A model generated the notes under the pieces. The model saw only the letters and a program-made list of their open reading frames with translations. It did no database searches and was not told the DNA's origin. From contig OZ245002.1 in the NCBI GenBank assembly GCA_965223415.1, positions 4,032,001-4,096,000 of the forward strand: 64,000 bases of DNA, written 5' to 3'. Positions 1-9,335 of this stretch are shown here, piece after piece. Each line of letters begins with the position of its first letter. Position 1 is the first letter of the stretch. Made by a program: the position numbers and the translations under genes. The stretch comes from Myxococcota bacterium (GTDB taxonomy: Bacteria; Myxococcota_A; UBA9160; UBA6930).

Positions 1-199
1 GGCAGACGTCGACCCATCGATCCTTCGCACATCGGCAGAGCAGCGGAGAAACTGACGCGGGTACCCGGGCTCGAGGGCCCTCTCGCGGCCCGGAACCGAA
101 ACCCAGGGTAGGAACCTAGGGTGCGGGCGGGCCGCCCGCCCAGGCTGGGGACCCGGCCGCCCGCAGGGGGTTCAGGCGAAGTTCATCCCGCCGCCGCGG

Positions 200-1714
<1,515 letters not shown>

Positions 1715-1807
1715 CGCGCCTCCAGCGAACGGGGGAGGAGGATAACAACGCGGTGTGGTATCTCCCCGTCCAGCCCGGAGAGGCGGGCGGCAGCGCGAGG
1801 AGATCCG

Positions 1808-2026
1808 ATGCCCACCGACGTCGAAGCCCAGATCACGGGCAACGTCTGGAAGATCGAGATGGCCGTGGGGGACAGCGTCGAGGAGGAAGACGTGATCCTG
1901 ATCCTCGAGTCCATGAAGATGGAGATTCCCGTCGAGGCCCCCTGCGGCGGCACCCTCGCCGAGATCAAGGTGAGTGAAGGGGACAACGTCGAGGAGGGCG
2001 CCGTCCTCGCAGTGATCGCCGACTAG
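1808..2026 (+). CDS. Stand-alone biotin/lipoyl carrier domain protein
   Basis: 72 aa with LESMKMEIPV biotinylation motif and GDNVEEGAVL; GAGGAG RBS. Confidence 0.9.
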   Translation: MPTDVEAQITGNVWKIEMAVGDSVEEEDVILILESMKMEIPVEAPCGGTLAEIKVSEGDNVEEGAVLAVIAD

Positions 2027-2033
2027 GCGCATC

Positions 2034-2882
2034 GTGGCGAAGGGGCTCAAGGTCCGCTCCCTGCGCCCCCGCGACCGGGACGCCGCGCTGATCCATCTCG
2101 AGAGCGAGCCGCGCCTCAACCTCGCCCTGATCGATCTCGTCCTCCGGCTGGGCCGGCCCGTGCCCCGGCGCGAAGCGCGACCGGAGCTGATCGGCGCTTG
2201 GCGGGGGGATCGCCTCGTCGGCGTCGCCGCCCTCCGGCCGAGCGTGATGCTCGACGCCCTGGCCGAGCCCGACGCCCTCGAGGCCCTGTTCCCCCACCTG
2301 GCCGGCGTCGGCTCCGGCCTGGTGAAGAGCACCGAAGAGCGGGTCGGCCCGCTCTGGGCCTGGCTCGAGGACCGCGGCCGACGCGCGCTGCTCGACCGCA
2401 TCGAGATCGCCTACGCCGTCGGCCCCGGCTCGCTCCGCCCCGCCGAGCCCCCCGCCGGCTGGACGATCCGCCCCGCCCGGGACGCCGACCTCGACGCCCT
2501 CGTCGAAGCCGCCCGCGAGAGCCTCCGCGAAGAGGACCGCCCCGACCCCTCCAAGGGCGACCCGGTCGGCTTCCGACGTTGGGTCCACGGTCGCCTGCCG
2601 CGAGCCGTGGTCGGAGAGTGCGACGGGCAGCTCGGTTTCGTCGGCTACGCCGATGTGCAGTGCAAGCGCGGCTGGCTCCTGCAGGGGGTGTTCACCTGGC
2701 GCGAGGTGCGCCGCGAAGGCATCGCCGCCGCAGGGGTGAGCGAGCTGTGCGGACGGGCGTTCGAGCACGGGGCGGAGCACGTGCAGCTCGCGGTGGTGGA
2801 GGGGAACGTGGCGGCGGAGCAGCTGTATGCGCGCCTGGGTTTCGAGGCGTACGCGCGGCTGCGGACGTTGCTGTTCGTCTGA
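2034..2882 (+). CDS. GNAT family N-acetyltransferase
   Basis: C-terminal VFTWREVRREGIA (motif A) and NVAAEQLYARLGF (motif B). Confidence 0.8.
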   Translation: MAKGLKVRSLRPRDRDAALIHLESEPRLNLALIDLVLRLGRPVPRREARPELIGAWRGDRLVGVAALRPSVMLDALAEPDALEALFPHLAGVGSGLVKSTEERVGPLWAWLEDRGRRALLDRIEIAYAVGPGSLRPAEPPAGWTIRPARDADLDALVEAARESLREEDRPDPSKGDPVGFRRWVHGRLPRAVVGECDGQLGFVGYADVQCKRGWLLQGVFTWREVRREGIAAAGVSELCGRAFEHGAEHVQLAVVEGNVAAEQLYARLGFEAYARLRTLLFV

Positions 2883-3049
2883 GGAGCGTGGGTGGAGCTG
2901 GGGCGGGCCCGGGTCGCGAGCGGGGTGCGCTCGGGGGCTTCGGGGGGGGTGCGGGCTTGGGTTCGGGCCTTCGATCCAGCCGAGATCCCGGTGACCTCGC
3001 TGCCGCCGCCAGCAGAGGCGCTGGTGTGGGAATTGCGTGGATGACAGTC

Positions 3050-3059
3050 GTTATATAAC
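3050..3059. promoter_or_regulatory. Palindrome GTTATATAAC, candidate TetR operator
   Basis: Perfect AT-rich 10-bp palindrome 23 nt upstream of the TetR start in a GC-rich background. Confidence 0.5.
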
Positions 3060-3082
3060 ATCCGTCTGGAAATGGATGCCCC

Positions 3083-3652
3083 ATGCCCCGCTCTCCCAGT
3101 CTCTCCCGCGCCCAGGTGCTGGCGGCGGGCCTGGCGCTGCTTCGCCGGGAAGGCGAGGTGGGCCTGAGCGCCCGGGCCCTGGCGGCCGCGCTCGGCACCT
3201 CTACCCAGCCCATCTACACCGCCTTCGGCGACATGGCCGCGCTCGAGGAGGCGCTGCTCGAGGAGGCCCGCGGCTTCTTCCTGCGGGCGGTGCTCGTCCG
3301 GCGGCCCGGGGAAGGCGCCTACGAGAGCATCGGGCTCCGGCTCCTCGAGTTCAGTCGCGACGAGCCCGGGCTCTTTCGCTGGATCATGACGTCGGGGCGC
3401 ATGCACCTGGACTTCGGGCGCGCGCGCAGCTCGCCCGAGTTCGAGGCGGTGCTGAAGCGGATGGGAGAGGATCCGGAGCTCGCTGGTCTGGACGAGCCCG
3501 CCCTCGTCCGCATCAACCGGGGGCTCTGGTTCTTCACCTACGGTCTCGCGGTCTCGATCGCCGACGGCCTGGTCGGGGCGTCGCCACGCACGGTGCGCCG
3601 CTACCTGAACGAGGCGGCGCGTGCGCTGATCGCGGGAGAGCAGGGGCGGTGA
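3083..3652 (+). CDS. TetR/AcrR family regulator
   Basis: N-terminal HTH LSARALAAALGTSTQPIYTAF. Confidence 0.9.
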   Translation: MPRSPSLSRAQVLAAGLALLRREGEVGLSARALAAALGTSTQPIYTAFGDMAALEEALLEEARGFFLRAVLVRRPGEGAYESIGLRLLEFSRDEPGLFRWIMTSGRMHLDFGRARSSPEFEAVLKRMGEDPELAGLDEPALVRINRGLWFFTYGLAVSIADGLVGASPRTVRRYLNEAARALIAGEQGR

Positions 3653-4659
3653 AGCGGCTCGCGCTTTCACTGGCCGCCCTGGTACTCGCACAGGGATGCG
3701 CTCACCTCGGTGCGGACGGCGTGCTCGCCACCGACACCCTGGACGGGCACGCCCGCCGCGTCGGCCTCCTCACACCGTCGCGCACGCAGGTGCAGCTTTG
3801 GTACGAGCGCAGCGGCCCCGCCGACGCGCCGGCGGTCGTGCTCCTGAACGGCATGGACTCCCAGGCGATCTACTGGCCGACGGACTTCGTGGTCGCGCTG
3901 CTCGACGCGGGCCACCAGGTGATCCGCTACGACGCCCGCGAGGCGGGCTTCTCCCAGCGGCTGCCGTTCCCCGACGGCTTCGATCCGGAGGCCTGGACGC
4001 CCGAGGAGGCGCCGCCCTATCCGCTCGCCGCCCACGTCGACGACCTGTGGGGGCTCCTCGACGGGCTCGGCGTGTCGCGCGCCCACCTGGTCGGCGTCTC
4101 CCAGGGCGGCATGGTCGCGCAGCTCGCGGCGCTCGACGCGCCGGACCGCGTCCGCTCGCTGACGCTCCTGGCCACCACGCCGTCGAACCCCTACGACCCG
4201 GTGCTCGGCGGTGTCGCGCCGGCGCTCCTCGCCGACCTGCGCGTGCTCGCGCCGCGGGCCGGCCGGGCGGCTGCGTTCGCCTGGCTCGGGTGCGGTCGGG
4301 TGGTCGACGCGCAGACGGCGCTGCTCGCGCGCATGGCGGGCGGGGATGCAGCGGTGCGCGCGGAGATCCGTCGCTACGTGCGCGCGACCTGCCGGCGCGC
4401 CGGCATCAACGGCCGCTCCGCTCAAGGCTTCGCGGTGGCGGGCGCCCCCAGCCGGCTGGAAGCGCTCCGCAGCCTCCGCGTCCCGACCCTGGTCGTACAC
4501 GGCAGGCAGGATCGCTTCTTCGGTCCGGCCCACGCGGAGGCCCTGGCCGCCGCGATTCCGGGCGCGCGCCTCCTGTGGGTGGACGCCGGCCACGGCTTCC
4601 CGGTGCGGCGCTTCACCGAGCCCATCGACGCCATGCTCGAGAACTTCGGCCGGCGCTGA
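3649..4659 (+). CDS. Alpha/beta hydrolase, probable lipoprotein
   Basis: GTG overlapping the TetR stop; signal peptide ending LAQGC; GVSQGG nucleophile elbow; HGRQD; GHG. Confidence 0.85.
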   Translation: MKRLALSLAALVLAQGCAHLGADGVLATDTLDGHARRVGLLTPSRTQVQLWYERSGPADAPAVVLLNGMDSQAIYWPTDFVVALLDAGHQVIRYDAREAGFSQRLPFPDGFDPEAWTPEEAPPYPLAAHVDDLWGLLDGLGVSRAHLVGVSQGGMVAQLAALDAPDRVRSLTLLATTPSNPYDPVLGGVAPALLADLRVLAPRAGRAAAFAWLGCGRVVDAQTALLARMAGGDAAVRAEIRRYVRATCRRAGINGRSAQGFAVAGAPSRLEALRSLRVPTLVVHGRQDRFFGPAHAEALAAAIPGARLLWVDAGHGFPVRRFTEPIDAMLENFGRR

Positions 4660-4663
4660 GCTC

Positions 4664-4817
4664 CCGCAGCTTGAACTCCCCTCCACCCCTCGCGTTATCG
4701 TCCGTCCTTCCCCGACGAATGGATGGAGACTCCATGGCACGCTTGGACGGAAGGGTCGCGCTGGTCACCGGCGCAGGTGGTGGGCTCGGACGTGAGCATG
4801 CGCTGGCGTTGGCTCGC
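4664..4817 (+). repeat. Left copy of ~154-bp imperfect direct repeat (promoter + RBS + first 28 codons of the SDR gene)
   Basis: Matches 19331-19482; 4754-4817 is identical to 19419-19482 (64 bp); upstream part diverged. Confidence 0.95.
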
Positions 4818-4886
4818 CTGGGCGGCAAGGCGGGTCGAGCGCAAGCTGTGGACTGGGCCCGGTGTCAGCCTCCTGAGTCTCGTTGA
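4734..4886 (+). pseudogene. Truncated 5' fragment of SDR oxidoreductase
   Basis: MARLDGRVALVTGAGGGLGREHALALAR followed by unrelated sequence and a stop; full copy at 19399. Confidence 0.9.
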
Positions 4887-5668
4887 GATGGCGCGGGCGG
4901 AGGTGCACCTTCCCACCAGAGCTCATCACGATCGACGAGCACGAATCCCAGCTTCGAGGCGACCGCCTGGCTCGCCAGGTTGTCGATGGACGTCGACCAG
5001 CCCGCACGCCGCCCGCTGGCGATGATGATGCGCGCCAATACGCCGGAGCATGCCGGACTGGCTCCGCGACCTCGGGCGTCCGGCTCGGTCACGACGGCCA
5101 TCTCGCCGATCTCCCGCCCCAGGGCGCTCACTGCAGCGACCGAGAGGAGCCGCTCTCCCTCGAAGGCACCAACCGCCCAGCCACTACGCGAAAGGTTCTC
5201 CATCCCCTGCCAACGATCCGCGATCCAGCGGATCTCGTCGGAAAGCGCTTCCAGTAAAACCAGGTCGTCCGGGCAGATCGCTCGGATGGCCATTCCGGCG
5301 GGCGCCTGCATCATCACCGGGGGCTGGTGAAGCAGGTACTCGAGCCGCGACCAAGCGCGTAGCCCTCCGGGCCTCGCTTCCAGGAGCCCGTCGAACCCGT
5401 GGCGAGGCTGGACGAAGAGGCGGTCCCAATGGAAAAGGAGCTCGTCCACGACGCGCCCATAGTCTTCGGCGGAGACGCGGTTGGCATCCCCCCACAAGTC
5501 CATCATGCCGCCGCAGAACTGAAGGGCCGCTCGTGGCCGCGGCCAGCGATCCACCCACCAGCGCCCCAGGCCCGTCCCGAGGCCATGTTGCGCCGTCAAG
5601 GCTCCCACCTTCTCGCAAGGCAGCCCGCGCTCCAGCTCCCACCAGTGCCGTGGATTCAGCTCTTGCAT
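4865..5668 (-). CDS. GNAT family acetyltransferase
   Basis: VVTEPDARGRGAS and DNLASQAVASKLGF motifs; start taken at MQELNP. Confidence 0.75.
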   Translation of the reverse strand: MQELNPRHWWELERGLPCEKVGALTAQHGLGTGLGRWWVDRWPRPRAALQFCGGMMDLWGDANRVSAEDYGRVVDELLFHWDRLFVQPRHGFDGLLEARPGGLRAWSRLEYLLHQPPVMMQAPAGMAIRAICPDDLVLLEALSDEIRWIADRWQGMENLSRSGWAVGAFEGERLLSVAAVSALGREIGEMAVVTEPDARGRGASPACSGVLARIIIASGRRAGWSTSIDNLASQAVASKLGFVLVDRDELWWEGAPPPAPSQRDSGG

Positions 5669-5997
5669 CGAGAAAGCGCTACGTCTTGTAGAACCGAAAC
5701 CGACGTGCGAACGGCAGGCCCCACGGGCTCCCCGACCCGTTCGGGCAAGTGTTCCCGACCCTGCCGGCGACGCCATCGCGTGGCAGGCAGCCGGAACACA
5801 GCCGAGAGGCGGCGGCGGCCGGGGGCCGCCGATGAGCCCAACGTCTCGCCTGCCCCTCGTTCAATGCGATCGCCGGGATCGCACGGTCGGCCACGTCCAC
5901 GCTGGTTCGCCTGCTGCTGGAGCCGGTCTCAGAAACGTGAAACGCGTACCGGCCTTCCTCGGAGAGCCGGGTGCGCTGGACATTTCTGGGACGGGCT

Positions 5998-7632
5998 CTA
6001 GTCGTCACCGCAGTCACTCATCGCTCCCTCGACCAAGAGTGTGTTCCGCTCGGTCTCCGTAAGCAGGTTCTGCTCGACGAAGCTCTGGAGCGTCCTCGTC
6101 AGGCTGGACACGTACTGGCCGTGGTTCTTCCAACCATTGGCGGTTCCGAAGGGCCCGCTACAGGGAACGAGCTGGTGCACGGAGCAGCCCGTCGCGTCCG
6201 TGACTTCCGAGAGCGGCGTGAAGAGGCAGGCGTCGGCCACGTCTGGCACCTCGTCGGCATCGGCGTCTGTGTCGCACGCGTCGCCGAGGCCGTCGCCATC
6301 AAAGTCCGCCTGCTCGGAGTTGGGGTCGTTCGGGCAGTTGTCGACGTCGTTGGCCACACCGTCGCCGTCCAGATCGGCGTCGCACGGATCTCCCCGCCCG
6401 TCACCGTCCGTGTCCGCCTGGTCGGGGTTCGGGATCAGGGGACAGTTGTCGGCATCGTCGGCGAGACCGTCCCCGTCGTCGTCCGCGTCGCAGGCGTCGC
6501 CCGTCCCGTCGCCGTCCGAATCGTCCTGGCTCGAGTTGGCGGTCAACGGACAGTTGTCCTGATCGTTCGACACACCGTCGCCGTCGGTGTCTGCATCACA
6601 AACGTCGCCGATGGTATCACCATCCAAGTCGCTCTGATCCGGGTTTCCATCCAAGGGGCAATTGTCGGAGACGTCGTCCACACCGTCCGCGTCGTCGTCG
6701 GGATCGCACGCGTCACCGAGGCCGTCCTGGTCCAGGTCCTCCTGGCCGGGGTTCGGAAGCAGCGGGCAGTTGTCCACGATATCGAGCACGCCGTCGTTGT
6801 CGCTATCCGAATCGCAGACGTCGCCGGCGCCGTCGCCATCCGAGTCCAGCTGGTTCGGATTCGCCGCGAATGGGCAGTTGTCCGACAGATCCAGCACACC
6901 GTCCCCGTCGTCGTCCGGGTCGCAGACGTCGCCTGCACCATCCGCATCGTTGTCGTTCTGATCGGGGTTCGCGTCGACCGGGCAGTTGTCGCTGGCATCC
7001 GGCGAACCGTCGTTGTCGTCATCCGGGTCGCAGGCATCGCCCAGCGCGTCGCCGTCGAGGTTGGACTGCGTCGGATTCGGAGTCTGGGGACAGTTGTCGT
7101 CGACATCCAGGACGCCGTCGAGGTCGGAATCGCCGTCTGTGATGGAGAAGGAGACCCCCGGCAAAGCGGTCGGATCTTCAAGGCCGAAGAAGTGGACGTC
7201 CTCCCAGCTCACGGTGGCGGAGCCGGTCTGGACCGCCTGGAACGTGACGACGGCGACCTGGAGCTGGTCCGGAACGAGCGCGATGACTCCCGCGACCTGG
7301 CTGAAGACGTCCTGCGTATCCGCGCTGCCAGTGAGCGGGCCGATCACCCAGGCAATGGCGCCGCCGAAGCTCGTATGCGGGGTCTGCGTCGCGCTCGTGA
7401 CGGTGACGAGCGCCCCTGGAAACCGGATCCCACCGAAGACAAGGGTGGATGCGGCACCTTCGGGATCTCCCACGATCGTGAGGGTGACCGTCTCCCCGAC
7501 CGTGTAGGAGCTCTTGTCCGTCGTCATCGACAGCGTGGCCGCTGCTGCAGTCCCGCAGAGCGCCAGGGGGGCCAGAAGCGAGAGCAAGAGTCGCCGGGCC
7601 ATGGTGTGGCCCTTGGCTGTTCGGAGCGTCAT
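5998..7632 (-). CDS. Secreted thrombospondin type-3 repeat (Ca-binding) protein
   Basis: GAGGAGG RBS; signal peptide; cohesin/Ig-like N domain; eight DxDxDG...DNCP...DxDGDGxGDACD units; C-terminal WKNHGQYVS module. Confidence 0.9.
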   Translation of the reverse strand: MTLRTAKGHTMARRLLLSLLAPLALCGTAAAATLSMTTDKSSYTVGETVTLTIVGDPEGAASTLVFGGIRFPGALVTVTSATQTPHTSFGGAIAWVIGPLTGSADTQDVFSQVAGVIALVPDQLQVAVVTFQAVQTGSATVSWEDVHFFGLEDPTALPGVSFSITDGDSDLDGVLDVDDNCPQTPNPTQSNLDGDALGDACDPDDDNDGSPDASDNCPVDANPDQNDNDADGAGDVCDPDDDGDGVLDLSDNCPFAANPNQLDSDGDGAGDVCDSDSDNDGVLDIVDNCPLLPNPGQEDLDQDGLGDACDPDDDADGVDDVSDNCPLDGNPDQSDLDGDTIGDVCDADTDGDGVSNDQDNCPLTANSSQDDSDGDGTGDACDADDDGDGLADDADNCPLIPNPDQADTDGDGRGDPCDADLDGDGVANDVDNCPNDPNSEQADFDGDGLGDACDTDADADEVPDVADACLFTPLSEVTDATGCSVHQLVPCSGPFGTANGWKNHGQYVSSLTRTLQSFVEQNLLTETERNTLLVEGAMSDCGDD

Positions 7633-7695
7633 CGGTTGAGCCTCCTCACGCAGCGGTGCATTCGTGGCCAAGCTTCACACGCCGAACGGGTTGCG

Positions 7696-7716
7696 GACCT
7701 TACGGTTTGCTGATCA
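7696..7716 (-). promoter_or_regulatory. Shared upstream motif TGATCAGCAAACCGTAAGGTC (copy 1, before TSP3 gene)
   Basis: Identical 21-mer at 19173-19193; related copy at 7808-7822. Confidence 0.7.
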
Positions 7717-7807
7717 GGTCCGCGCCGGCGTGAGCCCCCTGGGGGACGCTTCGGGTGGGGGCTGCATTCGGGATACAACCGAGACCCGGACGAGCCGCGT
7801 GCAAGCG

Positions 7808-7822
7808 TAAGCGAACCGTAAG
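7808..7822 (+). promoter_or_regulatory. Motif TAAGCGAACCGTAAG (copy 2, before glycosyltransferase)
   Basis: TAAG-N7-TAAG direct repeat; TATAGA -10-like hexamer 22 nt downstream. Confidence 0.65.
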
Positions 7823-7908
7823 AATTCGGGACCGGCAGCGGCGTTATAGATGCGTTCCGATTGCCCGCTTCCCTCGGGACGCCGGCCAGGTCGAGGCAGC
7901 AGACGCAA

Positions 7909-9207
7909 ATGGAACGCTTCTTGGTCGCAACTCAGCCGCTCACCGGACATCTTCGACCGTGCTTGCCGATCCTCCGGGCACTCGTCGATCGGGGACACTC
8001 GGTGGGTTGCTACACGGGAGCTCGATTCAAACCCGAGGTGGAAGCGGTAGGGGCTGACTACGTTCCCATGAGCGCCAGCGCCGACTTCGACGATCGTGAG
8101 CTCGAAGCTCGCTTCCCCGACATCCACGCCCGCCGCGGAATCCGGTCGGCGCTCTTCGAGATCGAGCACCTCTTCGTCCGGCCCGGTCCAGTGCACGCAG
8201 ATGATCTCGCCCTCGAGTTGGCTCGCCGGCCTGCCAGCGCGCTTCTCGCGGACGTGACGATGCAAGGGCCCACGATTTTCGCGAACACCCCGATGCCTCC
8301 GCTCGTCGGGCTCAGCGTCTTCAGCCTGCCGGTCCCCAGCAGGGACCTGCCGCCCTTCGGAACATGCCTCCACCCTGGCGGCTCCCCGGTTGGCCGGCTT
8401 CGCGATCGCGTGCTGAGATCGCTGATGCCGTCCGTGCCCTTCTTCCTCTTGCAGCGCAAAGTCAACGCGATCAGGGCGGATCGTGGACTGCCGCCGCTTC
8501 GCACCAACTTCCTGGTCGCGGGCTACGGCTGGCACGACCGGGTCGTTCAGGGGACCGTGCCGGGATTCGAGTATCCGCGGTCCGACCTGCCCGAGCACAT
8601 TCAGTTCGTGGGCCCGTTCCTCCCTGAGCCCGCGACTGACTTCAATCCCCCCGAATGGTGGCACCGACTCGGAGGGCAGGACAAGGTCGTCCTGGTGACC
8701 CAGGGCACGTTCGTGCGCGACCCAAGCATGCTGATCGGACCAGCCTTGCAGGCCCTGCAAGGCGAGCCGTTTCTCGTGGTGGTGGCCGGAGTGCCCGCGA
8801 GCGAGCTGCCCGACCCCATGCCGGCGAACGCCGTCGCCGAGGAGTTCGTTCCCTTCGATCGGCTCCTTCCTCACGTCGACGCGTTCGTCACGAATGGCGG
8901 CTACGGTGGTGTCCAGCACTCCCTCGCGAACGGCGTGCCGATGGTTGTTGCCGGTCGCACTGAAGAGAAAGGCGAAACGGCAGCTCGGGTGGCGTGGTCG
9001 GGGGTCGGCGTCGATCTCAAGACCGAGTCTCCGGCTCCGGAACAGATTCGGTCGGCTGTCCGATCCGTTCTCTCCACACCGCGATTCGCGCAGGCTGCGG
9101 GGGAACTGGCGAGCGAGATGGCCAGCTGTGACGCCGCCATGGAGACCGTGCAGGTCTTGGAGTCATTCGGACGACGCACATCGATGCGGACGAGATCTTC
9201 GGCCTAG
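7909..9207 (+). CDS. Family 1 (UGT/MGT-like) glycosyltransferase
   Basis: N-terminal PLTGHLRP; VTQGT; UDPGT signature FVPFDRLLPHVDAFVTNGGYGGVQHSLANGVP...EEK. Confidence 0.92.
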   Translation: MERFLVATQPLTGHLRPCLPILRALVDRGHSVGCYTGARFKPEVEAVGADYVPMSASADFDDRELEARFPDIHARRGIRSALFEIEHLFVRPGPVHADDLALELARRPASALLADVTMQGPTIFANTPMPPLVGLSVFSLPVPSRDLPPFGTCLHPGGSPVGRLRDRVLRSLMPSVPFFLLQRKVNAIRADRGLPPLRTNFLVAGYGWHDRVVQGTVPGFEYPRSDLPEHIQFVGPFLPEPATDFNPPEWWHRLGGQDKVVLVTQGTFVRDPSMLIGPALQALQGEPFLVVVAGVPASELPDPMPANAVAEEFVPFDRLLPHVDAFVTNGGYGGVQHSLANGVPMVVAGRTEEKGETAARVAWSGVGVDLKTESPAPEQIRSAVRSVLSTPRFAQAAGELASEMASCDAAMETVQVLESFGRRTSMRTRSSA

Positions 9208-9335
9208 GCTCCTCGGGCCGTAGACGCCCGCTGCATGCGCGCGGCCGCGGTCGCCAAGCGGCCGCCTCGACGGGCGTTCGCAGATCGACGGGCGCTACCC
9301 TGCGGTCGCCCCACCAGCGAAACCAGAGTTGGCAC

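Noticed and set aside
1..32. Possible start of a minus-strand gene at the window edge
   Set aside because: Only about 10 codons are visible, with no RBS or motif to support it
5669..5997. Small ORFs or structured RNA between the island GNAT and TSP3 genes
   Set aside because: No RBS, motif or convincing stem pattern; left unannotated
6200..7140. Periodic DNA repeats resembling a CRISPR array
   Set aside because: They are degenerate coding repeats of the TSP3 protein; no identical repeats with unique spacers and no cas genes
5971..7713. 580-aa Val-rich plus-strand ORF
   Set aside because: Antisense shadow of the Asp-rich TSP3 gene
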